NCBI RefSeq assembly: GCF_000981785.2
Contig: NZ_CP011304.1
Span: forward strand, 2,100,001 to 2,132,000
Origin: Microcystis aeruginosa NIES-2549
Lineage (GTDB): Bacteria > Cyanobacteriota > Cyanobacteriia > Cyanobacteriales > Microcystaceae
Length of the DNA stretch: 32,000 nt
Direction of reading: 5' to 3'
Position 1 is the first letter of the stretch; each line of letters opens with the position of its first letter. Shown one piece after another: positions 18,914-27,575 of the stretch. The notes beneath the pieces were generated by a model that was not told the DNA's origin, ran no database searches, and saw only the letters and a list, made by a program, of their open reading frames with translations. Position numbers and translations under genes: made by a program.

Positions 18914-20738
18914 CTAGTTTGATTGTTCCTTTGTTAAGGATACCGCTTGACTTCTCTGTGGTTGCCTGTATACTTTGTCTTGTGGGTATATCGAGGCTTC
19001 CATCTGAAGCTGATTTTTCATCATGACAGTGGCGGTGTAGTAATTGAAGGTTTTTATATTCATCCTTTCCGCCTAGGCTGAGAGGGTGGATGTGGTCAAC
19101 TTCAATTAAGTCCGATGGGGTGAAGTATTGCCCACATCGGTTACACTTGCCTTGTTGCTTCTTAAGTAGTTTGGCTACTCTTGTCGGTGTGTCGATTGCT
19201 TGTCCTCTTCTGGTTGCCCAGTAGGTCCAATTTCCGTCGAATGGTGATGCGTCGGAGCGTGCTAAGGTATGTCTGACAATTGGTATCCAATTATGTTGCC
19301 ATAAGTGGAGACCGTCTTTGGTTTGAAATAACCAGGATTCTTGTCTTTCTTTCCCATTGCTGAGTTTAACTGTACCCGGTCTAAAGTAATTTCTCAGCTT
19401 TTCGTAGTTCGCTTTTCTGCATCTTGATACTGTCCATGCCCTTAACATCAACCAGATTGTATGGTCTAGTTTTGTGAAAGTATCCATAGATACTACTCCT
19501 GAATAGTAGTTCCCCCATCCTCTTATGATTGGGTTTAGTCGACTAATCAGGGCTGATTGAGGTGCGGTTTTGTGTTTTTTGATTACACCTTTAATCGCTT
19601 CTGTGTGGGCTTTAACTGCTTTTTGGCTAGGTTTAATGTGTGTTAGGAATGTCTTGGGTGTTCCTTTACATATTTTTCCCGCTTTATATTTTCCGGCTGG
19701 GTATTGTCTGATGTTGAATCCTAGAAAGTCAAATCCTGGTTCTTCCGTTTTTCCATTATATTCAATGGGTTTGAGTGTATGACACACTCTGGTTTTTTCT
19801 GGTTTGAGTTCTAATCCTATCGGTTTTAACCATTCGGAGATAGCAGTTTTGCACTGTTCAATGATTTCGAGTGAAGGTGAAATCACCACAAAATCATCGG
19901 CGTACCTTATTAAAACAGCTTGATTTGTACCATTTCCCTTTTTGGGGAATAGTGTTTCGATTAATCTTGCCATTCCATCCAGTGCGATGTTAGCAAGTAG
20001 TGGACTTATTACCCCTCCTTGTGGTGTCCCTGTTTCTGTTTCTTCAAATACGCCTTTATCCAATACTCCTGCTTTGAGCCATTGTTTTATGTCTCTTTTC
20101 AAGGCACTGGGACAATGAATTCTTGACAGTAGGAAGTTGTGATTAATTCGGTCAAAACACTTGGCAATATCAGCATCTAACACAAAGTAATTACCCTTAT
20201 TAATGCTGAGGTATATCCTCGATATTGCGTCATGGGCAGACCTTCCGGGTCGGAAACCATAGCTGGTTCCTTCCATTTTTGCTTCCCATTCTGGTTCAAG
20301 TGCCGATTTAATCACCGCTTGTCTAGCTCTGTCTTTGATGGTTGGTATTCCTAATGGGCGTTTTTCATCCCTGCCGGGTTTAGGAATCCATACCCTTCTT
20401 AACGGTTTTGCTTTAAGTGTTCCCTTAATTTCTTCGGTTAGATTTAGCCTTTGTTCTGGGGATATTACTATCTTCCCATCAACTCCTGCTGTTTTCTTTC
20501 CTTGATTATCTTGGGTTACTTTGCGAACCGCTAATAGACGAGCGTAGTACGATTTCACCAATAGACGTTGCAACCTTCTAACCTTTGCATCCTGTCCCGA
20601 TTTAGCCGCTTGGTATATCCTCTTTTGGAGCTTGAAGACATATCTTTGGACTTTCGCCCAATTGATAGCCTTCCATACATTCGTAGTCTTAGTGGTTTTC
20701 GGTTTCCCGAACCCTTTACCTTTTCTCGATTTCGTCAT
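18903..20738 (-). CDS. Group II intron-encoded reverse transcriptase/maturase with HNH endonuclease domain
   Basis: 611 aa with RT motifs ('RPLGIPTIKDR', 'GTPQGGVISPLLANI', active site 'YADDFVV'), maturase X ('LNPIIRGWGNYY') and HNH ('CNRCG...EVDHI.PLSLGG.D...NLQLLHRHCH'). The stop codon falls inside the domain V loop. Confidence 0.9.
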   Translation of the reverse strand: MTKSRKGKGFGKPKTTKTTNVWKAINWAKVQRYVFKLQKRIYQAAKSGQDAKVRRLQRLLVKSYYARLLAVRKVTQDNQGKKTAGVDGKIVISPEQRLNLTEEIKGTLKAKPLRRVWIPKPGRDEKRPLGIPTIKDRARQAVIKSALEPEWEAKMEGTSYGFRPGRSAHDAISRIYLSINKGNYFVLDADIAKCFDRINHNFLLSRIHCPSALKRDIKQWLKAGVLDKGVFEETETGTPQGGVISPLLANIALDGMARLIETLFPKKGNGTNQAVLIRYADDFVVISPSLEIIEQCKTAISEWLKPIGLELKPEKTRVCHTLKPIEYNGKTEEPGFDFLGFNIRQYPAGKYKAGKICKGTPKTFLTHIKPSQKAVKAHTEAIKGVIKKHKTAPQSALISRLNPIIRGWGNYYSGVVSMDTFTKLDHTIWLMLRAWTVSRCRKANYEKLRNYFRPGTVKLSNGKERQESWLFQTKDGLHLWQHNWIPIVRHTLARSDASPFDGNWTYWATRRGQAIDTPTRVAKLLKKQQGKCNRCGQYFTPSDLIEVDHIHPLSLGGKDEYKNLQLLHRHCHDEKSASDGSLDIPTRQSIQATTEKSSGILNKGTIKLGAV

Positions 20739-21407
20739 ATAGACTCCTACTAGACTCTATCCTTACAATCAAACCGTAACCTGTTAGCGTATCTTGACTA
20801 TTAACGTCAAGCGTTGGCTTTTGGTTACATCTCACCCCCTTTAAGGCTTGCGCTTACACTTCTCACTACTGGGTATTTCGACCGATACTCAGAGCCTGAA
20901 AGGGGTTATCACGTTCCGTTTATATGGGCTTTCAATCCTTTAGATTCGTCTTTTCCACCGGGGTACTTTAAAAGGTCTGTGTGAGTAGCTTATCAAGTCC
21001 CTCACTTATTCCCCTTGTTCTTTTGAACGCAGTGTGTCAACCTTATTTCACTGCTTAATTGTTACGATGGTTCATGTCAGACGTTCAGCTTTCGCTTAAT
21101 CCTGGGCTGTTGGCAGTGGTCTCGCTGCTGGTGTTAGGTTGCACCTCGGAGCCTTCCGTTCCCCGCTTCAATTTCAGGGTTGTGACTTCTGAAACTGGGG
21201 GTGGCTATCGCCGTTACTCTCACCTTTGTAACGATTGTAAATAATTGTTACAAAGTGTTTTGACCTTGAGTCCCCTTGCCTATTTTGTATCGGGTGATAC
21301 TAAACGTCGGGACATATAAACAGTTATAAGGTTGGTCTGGGTTGACCTCTTAGATTCAGTCGGGGGACTGAAGACCTTACTAGGCGGTTATTTCAGGCAT
21401 TTCAGCC

Positions 21408-21803
21408 CTATTTCATGCCTAAACGTTTCGCACTGTTATGGCAATTATAGCCTTCTTCTAGGAAATTAGAGTTTTTTAAGCACATATTATAGGCTTGAGC
21501 TGCCTTCAATTTTTGGTACAGCAAAGGACTCTTTTCTCTACAAGACTGTTGTAGTTGCTGAAACTCGGCTTCACCCTTTTTCAGATAGGCATCCACAAGC
21601 TCTCGATTGGCCAGATAGAAAGCGATTGCGCCATAAACCTGTTCGAGGGAAAGGAGTGGAAAATTTTGGGCAATGCTTTCGGGCGATTCTCCGTTCAAGA
21701 AAGAATAGACAACTGAATCAAGGGAGATACGAGTTCCTTCAATCCAATATTCTTCTTCTCGTTGCTCGATGTACTGTTTTGTTGGGATGGGGGCTAATTT
21801 CAT
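21408..21803 (-). CDS. DUF433 domain protein (antitoxin-like helix-turn-helix)
   Basis: 'I.GTRISLDSVVY.F..G.SPE.I...FP.LSLEQVYGAIAFY' is the DUF433 core. The last roughly 30 residues look like non-conserved read-through. Confidence 0.7.
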   Translation of the reverse strand: MKLAPIPTKQYIEQREEEYWIEGTRISLDSVVYSFLNGESPESIAQNFPLLSLEQVYGAIAFYLANRELVDAYLKKGEAEFQQLQQSCREKSPLLYQKLKAAQAYNMCLKNSNFLEEGYNCHNSAKRLGMK

Positions 21804-21944
21804 AGGAGCAATGTTGCTGTTTAGCTAAAAGGATAAGAAATCCCATTACCAAGTAGGAATACCATTGCTAGGACTAGGGTATAGATTTTTGGAGATGTCT
21901 ATTTCTTATGATAATATTAGCGTCGAGAACGACGAATTTGAGTC

Positions 21945-22271
21945 TCACTCGTCTAAATCCTTTCTCTGATTTGTTCTGTCCGCTTCACACAGCTGACGAA
22001 ACTCACGAACAATATCGTCCTCGGAAATTCCCTTTTGACCTAATAGGTACTCAAATTGAGCGGCCACCGCTTGTAAGGCAGCGATATCTGCGCTTTTACT
22101 CCCCTGTTTAACGGGGAAATAGAACCCAACAGTATGACCGTGACGTAGTACCTCAACGGGAGTCTCACCGTATAGGTATTTAGGGAGTTCGCTCCGAAAT
22201 TCTCGCACCCCAATTTTCTCAATGTCATACTTAATCCATAGTCTCTCTCGTTGTGTACGCATTGTGTACAT
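21945..22271 (-). CDS. Phd/YefM-like antitoxin-type protein with no cognate toxin gene adjacent
   Basis: 'IGVREFRSELPKYL..ETPVEVLRHGHTVGFYFP' fits the Phd/YefM N-terminal pattern. The start may be the internal ATG ('MRTQRE'). The 140 nt downstream contain no ORF. Confidence 0.45.
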   Translation of the reverse strand: MYTMRTQRERLWIKYDIEKIGVREFRSELPKYLYGETPVEVLRHGHTVGFYFPVKQGSKSADIAALQAVAAQFEYLLGQKGISEDDIVREFRQLCEADRTNQRKDLDE

Positions 22272-22337
22272 ACTGTAGCACTATTTAAGAAGGGATATCT
22301 ACAAATAAATTTGCTCATGTTTTACCAGATTAAATTT

Positions 22338-23063
22338 TTAATCTGGTTTAAAGAAAATACCATCCATCTGCAACATCCTCCCAGTTTTTTCGGCAGTAAA
22401 CCCTGGTTCAATACCGTACAGTTCGTAACCTAATTTTTCTACGATATCAATCATTTCTTTAAACAGGACTTGACCTTCGTAGAGAGATACTAAAGATAAT
22501 TCAAGCTTAATGCCTTTAACCAAAGGCAAAATTGCAGTTGCCCCTTCTATCACTTGCTTTTCCAATCATTGCACGTCTATTTTGAGGAAAATGGATTTAG
22601 TTTCGCTTTTGATATAGTCCTTGGCAATGGTATCTAGCCTGCTCAATTTTACTGTTTCTGAACCAGAGTAAGCTGATTCGGGTGCAGATTCTAAGTGAGC
22701 ATCCAGCATTGACAAAGCTGAACTACTATAACTATTACCAGCAATATTGATGATAATTTCACCTTCTTGCTTGCCGATGGCAGTTTGGGGAGCAATTTCC
22801 CAGAGCGGGTCTTTTTTACTAACAGCTTTTAACTGAGAGTAAGCACTGGACAGTGGTTCAAAGGAAACTATCCTCCCCGAATAGCCTAATTCTCGCAGTA
22901 ATTTAGCATATTGCCCAATATTAGCGCCAACATCGAATACTAAGTCAATATTGTGATAGGCCAACAAGCGCTGCATTTTCGCCGCTTCGGATGTTTGGAC
23001 ATTGTATCTTTTTAGGTCAATTCCTAAACTTCTGGAGAGTTTTTTAATTGTTTTTTTGATCAT
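22338..23063 (-). pseudogene. FkbM-family methyltransferase interrupted by a single in-frame TGA (22566-22568)
   Basis: The upstream part has 'VFDVGANIGQY' and 'SFEP'. The sequence reads 'LKIDVQ*LEKQVIEGA', whereas the family consensus is 'KIDVQG.E..VL.G'. The two tracked ORFs are contiguous in the same frame. Confidence 0.75.
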
Positions 23064-23234
23064 GACAGATAGTTAATTAAGCGTATATATGGTCGTAAGA
23101 TTGCTGCTAGTGATGAGTGGATAAGAAACCTGCTATTAGAAAAATCTATACAAACTTTGGTTATTCATAATTTTTATAAGTAAAAATTCTTGATCGTAAT
23201 AGCTTAGAATATTTTAGCAACTTTCTCGATCAAG

Positions 23235-24371
23235 CTAAAGTAGTGAGGCGTAGATTGAGTGGGTTTGTTCTGCACATTTTTCCCAAGAAAAATTCTTTAC
23301 CCTTGCCTTTCCTAATTCTACAAGCTTTTTTTTTAAATCCGAATCAAATAATACTTTTTCTAGCGCATTAGCAATACTCTCTATATCATAGGGATCGAAA
23401 AATTCGGATGCATTACCAGCCACTTCTGGAAATGAACTTGTGTGGCTACAGACAACGGGACAGCCAAATGACATAGCTTCTAGGATTGGTATGCCAAATC
23501 CTTCGTATAGAGAAGGATAGACAAAGGCAGATGCTTGACTGTATAATTTTGCCAAAGTTTGATCGTCACCATTAATATGTAGAATTTTATTTTCACTTAG
23601 TCCTAAACAGTGAATTAAATTAAGTTCATCTTGAGAAAATCGCTTACCTCCCGCACATAACAAATTGAAGTTACTATTAAGACTAGAATGGCTGGCATAG
23701 GCTTTAACTAATCGAGAAAAGTTTTTGTACCATCCCCGCTGTCCAACATAGAGAATGTAAGGATGATAGAAATTTTGCTTACATAATTTAGAAGTTACTG
23801 AAGACTCAGAACTTAAAGAGTAACCAAGATAAACCACAGCTATTTTTTGAGGATCTATATCAAAAATATTTATTAAATCTTTCTTGGTATTGTTAGAAAT
23901 ACATATAACATGATCTGCCCTCTTAATTGCTTGTAATTTAATAGAGGAAAAGTCTTTTTGTCTTACCAGGAATAAGTTAGCAGATTTAGGTGCAGAATCA
24001 GCAAATTTTTCATGAATCATATCATATACTGTAATTACTTTTTTAGTTTTAGATGAATTAGCGGCAATGCTATTAAAAGTGTAGTATGTTTCATGAAGAA
24101 TATCAGGAGTATCAGATTTTATCCAGACTTTAGATATTAGAGCGTTGATAAAATCTACAATCCTAGTTGTTTTAGGTATTGATGGTCTTTTCCATCCATT
24201 AACCAAATTAGGAGGACAATGCTTTAAATATTCATTTATATATAAACCCGCCAGAATTTTTACTTCACAATCGTCGAAGTTTGCCATTCGTGTAGATAAC
24301 TCGTAAAGATACCGAGAAACTCCCCCATATTTTTGGAAGGTAAAAACTTGATGATCGTAGAAAATTTTCAT
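23235..24371 (-). CDS. Glycosyltransferase family 4 (GT-B fold)
   Basis: It has the C-terminal 'PSLYEGFGIPILEAMSFGCPVVCS' E-x7-E type motif. Confidence 0.85.
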   Translation of the reverse strand: MKIFYDHQVFTFQKYGGVSRYLYELSTRMANFDDCEVKILAGLYINEYLKHCPPNLVNGWKRPSIPKTTRIVDFINALISKVWIKSDTPDILHETYYTFNSIAANSSKTKKVITVYDMIHEKFADSAPKSANLFLVRQKDFSSIKLQAIKRADHVICISNNTKKDLINIFDIDPQKIAVVYLGYSLSSESSVTSKLCKQNFYHPYILYVGQRGWYKNFSRLVKAYASHSSLNSNFNLLCAGGKRFSQDELNLIHCLGLSENKILHINGDDQTLAKLYSQASAFVYPSLYEGFGIPILEAMSFGCPVVCSHTSSFPEVAGNASEFFDPYDIESIANALEKVLFDSDLKKKLVELGKARVKNFSWEKCAEQTHSIYASLL

Positions 24372-24423
24372 TACATTAATTTGTCTGTTTTTACTTTTAT
24401 TTCTATTCTGTTTGCATCAAGAC

Positions 24424-25314
24424 TTATTGTGCATCTACTAAAGGCAGTGATGATAATATTTGTAGTTCTTCTTGATGAGATAAGCATATTAACTTGCCAC
24501 TTTTATTACGAGATTCACGAAATTTGCCAGCTACATAGCCTTCTTCTACTGTTAATTCCTTGATTTCACTTGGCTTTAAGTCTGTACGGACAAAGAAAGC
24601 ATTACATCCAGTGCTATTACAGCCAACAAAAGTATATCCTTTTTTCTTTCCTAATTGAACAAGAGCTTTTAGTGATGCTCCATAGTAGATTGTAGAATAG
24701 TGTGCTTTAGACCGAACAAAATTTTCATCATAAGGAATAGTTACAGCTTTATACTTACCAAATCTAAAGTTATATTCAATAATAACAATAGCTGGGTTGA
24801 TTACATCAATAGCTTCCCAAATCCAATAGTCATTCCCATCTATATCAATAGACAGTAAACCTATTTCTCCTATAATACCACTTTTAGTGATTAACTCATT
24901 AATATTATCCTTGGTTATAAAAGCTTGAACTGCTGTTAAATTATGCTTCCAATATATAGGATCATTTTTAATGTAATTAATATTATCTTTGCTGCCATCT
25001 AACACCAAACCTGACCAATTATTATTTTTTAATAAAAATCTAGTGTTAGATTCCAGATAATTTTCTACGCCAAATTCAATAAATACTTTCTCTTTAATTA
25101 CTAGCTTTCTTAGAAAAAACTGAATTATACCATCTTCTCCATTTTGTGAAAAGACTTTGAATTCGTTAGCCAAAATATCATTACTGTCAATTCTTTCAAG
25201 TTGCCTAATTTCAATTCTTCCAATGGCTTGATTCATTTCTTCTAGTTGGCCATTTACTCTTGCCGATTCGCGAAAAGTCTGTTTTAATTTTTTGAGTATG
25301 TTTAGCATATTCAT
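24424..25314 (-). CDS. FkbM/Methyltransf_21-like protein of uncertain activity
   Basis: It has the 'FSQNGEDGII' and 'FIEFG....LESNTR.L....WSGL..DG' pattern seen in a methyltransferase-like family of glycan loci. The glycine-rich SAM loop is not obvious. Confidence 0.4.
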   Translation of the reverse strand: MNMLNILKKLKQTFRESARVNGQLEEMNQAIGRIEIRQLERIDSNDILANEFKVFSQNGEDGIIQFFLRKLVIKEKVFIEFGVENYLESNTRFLLKNNNWSGLVLDGSKDNINYIKNDPIYWKHNLTAVQAFITKDNINELITKSGIIGEIGLLSIDIDGNDYWIWEAIDVINPAIVIIEYNFRFGKYKAVTIPYDENFVRSKAHYSTIYYGASLKALVQLGKKKGYTFVGCNSTGCNAFFVRTDLKPSEIKELTVEEGYVAGKFRESRNKSGKLICLSHQEELQILSSLPLVDAQ

Positions 25315-25377
25315 AGTTAGAATTAGTAGAAAATTTATCGATTCTTAATTAAGTATCTTACAAAATCTTACAAAAAA

Positions 25378-26301
25378 TCACAATGAATTAGCTATTCTTC
25401 CTAATTTGTTTTTAATACGTTGAAACAAATTAGGATTAAATATATTTTTTTGTGTATAATTATCTGCCCCTTCATTTCTAATCAAAAAAGGAGGGCATTT
25501 TAACGGAAAATTCATTTCTTGAACGCCAAGATTTGCAAGTCGACTTTTACTACTGCTTGTATGAGTAGCATCTTCACCAAAACCAATATTACTAACTAAA
25601 TTCACATTAGGAAGGATAGTTAGACCATTCTGAATCCAACAGGCAAAATTCCAAGGATAATCCCAAGTATCAATTTTACCATCATAATAAGTTTGAAAAA
25701 TCTTCGTCCAGTATTTGACAGCCTGAGTTTTTCCTAAAATGGACTCAAGCCAGTTACCATCACGAATTTCTTGCCAGAGCTTCATTTTAACATCATAATA
25801 TTGCCACGCTCTCCTCCAAGTTGCCCAACCCCAAATGTGGTTATAGCGAGAAAAGTAGTAACTGTACTCTGTGCGCTTTCTGTCAAACTGAAAATTATCC
25901 CCTGAAATAGCCATAATTCTTTGATCATTTCGGTAATAATCAAGCAAGTCTTGGCAAAAGCGAAAAAAACTAGGATGTGGTAAGCAATCATCTTCAAGAA
26001 TAATCACTTCCTCAACCAGGCTAAAAACCCAATCTAATCCACTCGATACCCGATTTTTACAACCTAAATTTAAATCAGAATAATTGCTCAATACCTCACA
26101 ATCCCAATCCACACCCTCGATAATAGCACGAGCCGCCTTACACTTTTCAATATCATCTGGTCTATCGGGACGTGGACCATCGGCAACCACTAATAACTGA
26201 GGTGGTTTAGCCTGACGAATGGCTTCAAATACCCTCGCCGTCGTATCAGGTCGATTGAAAATCAGGAAGGCAACAGGAGTGGTCAGTTGGAAGTCAGCCA
26301 T
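25378..26301 (-). CDS. Putative GT-A glycosyltransferase (GNT-I/HlpA-like)
   Basis: It has 'VAFLIFNRPD.T..VF..I....P..L.V.ADGPR' and the 'LEDDC' DxD-like motif, and it sits among glycan genes. Confidence 0.55.
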   Translation of the reverse strand: MADFQLTTPVAFLIFNRPDTTARVFEAIRQAKPPQLLVVADGPRPDRPDDIEKCKAARAIIEGVDWDCEVLSNYSDLNLGCKNRVSSGLDWVFSLVEEVIILEDDCLPHPSFFRFCQDLLDYYRNDQRIMAISGDNFQFDRKRTEYSYYFSRYNHIWGWATWRRAWQYYDVKMKLWQEIRDGNWLESILGKTQAVKYWTKIFQTYYDGKIDTWDYPWNFACWIQNGLTILPNVNLVSNIGFGEDATHTSSSKSRLANLGVQEMNFPLKCPPFLIRNEGADNYTQKNIFNPNLFQRIKNKLGRIANSL

Positions 26302-26617
26302 AGACGGATTTACTGTTAACTTCTGTTATCTTGAACTATCCCGACCAAATTGTCAACCCAAAGCGGCACCAATTCTCAAGTCTGTCCCAGGCAACGGTTG
26401 AGCAGGCCGAGAATCAGTCTAAACTCTTAAGTATCTCCTTCTTTGACTAAATCCAAATAAAGCTTATCAGGGGGAAGTCTTATACCATTTTTCTAAAGTA
26501 ATGGCAGAGATGGTTAATTTCCCTCAGCCCCAACCCTTCTACCGTTCTGGGAGAGGGGAGTAGAATGCCTGCCACGGATGGGGAAAAATGGTATTACCAA
26601 AATCCGCCCAGACGAAG

Positions 26618-27379
26618 TCAGAGACTTTCGGGATTAATCCCCAATTCCCTGAGTTTAGCCGCCATTCGTTCGGCTTTTTCTGCGGCTTCCTCAGCTTTCC
26701 GTTGTGCCTCCTCAGCTTTCTGTTGTGCTTCCTCAGCTTTCTGTTGTGCTTCCTCAGCCAACTCTCGCGGGGTTGGTAACAGCATTCCATCTAAAGTCGC
26801 CCAGCGAATCCAGACGGTTGTTACCCCTCTATATTCTCCCTGCCAACGAACTAAAGCTAATCCCAAACGACCACTGATTAGCCATCCTTTCTCGTTGGGT
26901 TGCCGTGGTTCATATAGGCCATCAACTAAGACAAATTCGGCAAAATCTTCAGGGTTAAAAGGATCGTACCAGAAATATTCAGGGACTCGTAACTTATCTT
27001 GATAAATCTGTTTTTTCTCGGTTTTGTCTATTTGGAAGGTACTTTCTGAGAGTAGTTCAATCACTACATCGGGGGCTTTTCCCTCCTCCCAAGTAACCCA
27101 ACTTTTTCGCTCCCCTTTTGGTACTCCTAAGACGGCAAAAAAATCAGGTCCTTTGAAGTCTTGATTTTTAAGTTGTGCTGTACTGAAATAGACGAACATA
27201 TTGCCACTGGCATAACCATCTTCTCGTCGGTCTAGCCAAGGGGATATAGTGTCTATTAACAGATCCATCTGCCATTTATGCCTTTGAGTTTCCATCGGTA
27301 CTCCATCATCGCAGGGAAGTTCATCTTGCGTGGGTAATGCAGTTAATTGCATCGGTTGACTAAGCGTCAGAGTTTCCAT
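26618..27379 (-). CDS. Uma2 (DUF820) family PD-(D/E)xK putative endonuclease with a C-terminal heptad-repeat tail
   Basis: It has 'E.Q.H...M.LL', 'PDVVIELLSEST...D...K..IY' and 'VPEYFWYDP'. The tail reads 'AEEAQQKAEEAQQKAEEAQRKAEEAAEKAE..AAKLRELGINPE'. Confidence 0.8.
   Translation of the reverse strand: METLTLSQPMQLTALPTQDELPCDDGVPMETQRHKWQMDLLIDTISPWLDRREDGYASGNMFVYFSTAQLKNQDFKGPDFFAVLGVPKGERKSWVTWEEGKAPDVVIELLSESTFQIDKTEKKQIYQDKLRVPEYFWYDPFNPEDFAEFVLVDGLYEPRQPNEKGWLISGRLGLALVRWQGEYRGVTTVWIRWATLDGMLLPTPRELAEEAQQKAEEAQQKAEEAQRKAEEAAEKAERMAAKLRELGINPESL
26689..26759. repeat. 21-bp tandem repeat (about 3.4 copies) inside the Uma2 3' end
   Basis: Units lie at 26689-26709, 26710-26730 and 26731-26751 (the last two identical, the first with 2 mismatches), plus a partial unit. 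A degenerate copy lies upstream from about 26668. It encodes (AEEAQQK)n on the minus strand. Confidence 0.9.
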
Positions 27380-27575
27380 ATTTCTGTCCTATATTTTGGG
27401 TTTAGTTATTTAGATTTCCTAGATTTTTTGCCCTCTTTCAGGCAAATGTTACTTTAATTGACTGGCTATAGCAATTCTAAATGAGTCGTGAACGGGCAAA
27501 GGGCTTAATTCCACTGTTCAGCTGCTTGTTGTCAAGGGTTTAGGGGATTACTATATCTTATATCATAATTCTAGG

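Larger units (their letters stand above)
18837..21223 (-). mobile_element. Full-length group II intron (about 2.39 kb). The 3' boundary is fairly well supported and the 5' boundary is tentative.
   Basis: Domain V is at 18880-18913. The domain VI helix has a bulged A followed by 'CCCCUAAU', which places the 3' end at 18837. The RT-maturase-HNH ORF sits in domain IV. Domain I has segments resembling Ll.LtrB ('AACCUAAC', 'AAGCGAAAGCUGA'). The best 5' candidate is GUGAG at 21223, which departs from the GUGYG consensus. Confidence 0.75.

Noticed and set aside
18903-20738. RT gene as a stand-alone defence RT (retron, DRT or Abi type)
   Set aside because: A canonical domain V and domain VI lie immediately 3' of the ORF, and it has a maturase X domain, an HNH domain and a 5' structured region. 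These identify it as a group II intron-encoded protein.
18820-21244. Plus-strand ORFs (68, 70, 61 and 61 aa) within the intron
   Set aside because: They are antisense to the intron RNA domains or the RT ORF and show no motifs. The region is explained by the group II intron.
21908-22433. ORFs 21908-22111 (+), 22040-22318 (-) and 22251-22433 (+)
   Set aside because: They overlap the Phd-like ORF or the FkbM 3' fragment in other frames and have no recognisable features.
22566-22568. The in-frame TGA in FkbM as selenocysteine or programmed recoding
   Set aside because: The codon replaces a conserved Gly rather than a redox Cys. This is not a selenoprotein family, and no SECIS-like hairpin follows it. 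A nonsense mutation or sequencing error is more parsimonious.
24333-26401. ORFs 24333-24563 (+), 25782-25997 (-) and 26219-26401 (+)
   Set aside because: These are AT-rich shadow ORFs overlapping supported GT and methyltransferase-like genes.
26480-26570. 'ccccaacccttctaccgttctgggagagggga' motif as a structured RNA or small gene
   Set aside because: It resembles the common cyanobacterial G/C-run intergenic filler. Only weak self-complementarity is visible, and I could not support a specific feature.
26539-27002. Three ORFs (83, 145 and 63 aa) with repetitive 'SSAFCCASSAF' or 'RKHNRKLRKHN' sequences
   Set aside because: They are alternative-frame readings of the 21-bp tandem repeat and the Uma2 3' end. 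The repetitive peptides are artefacts of the repeat.
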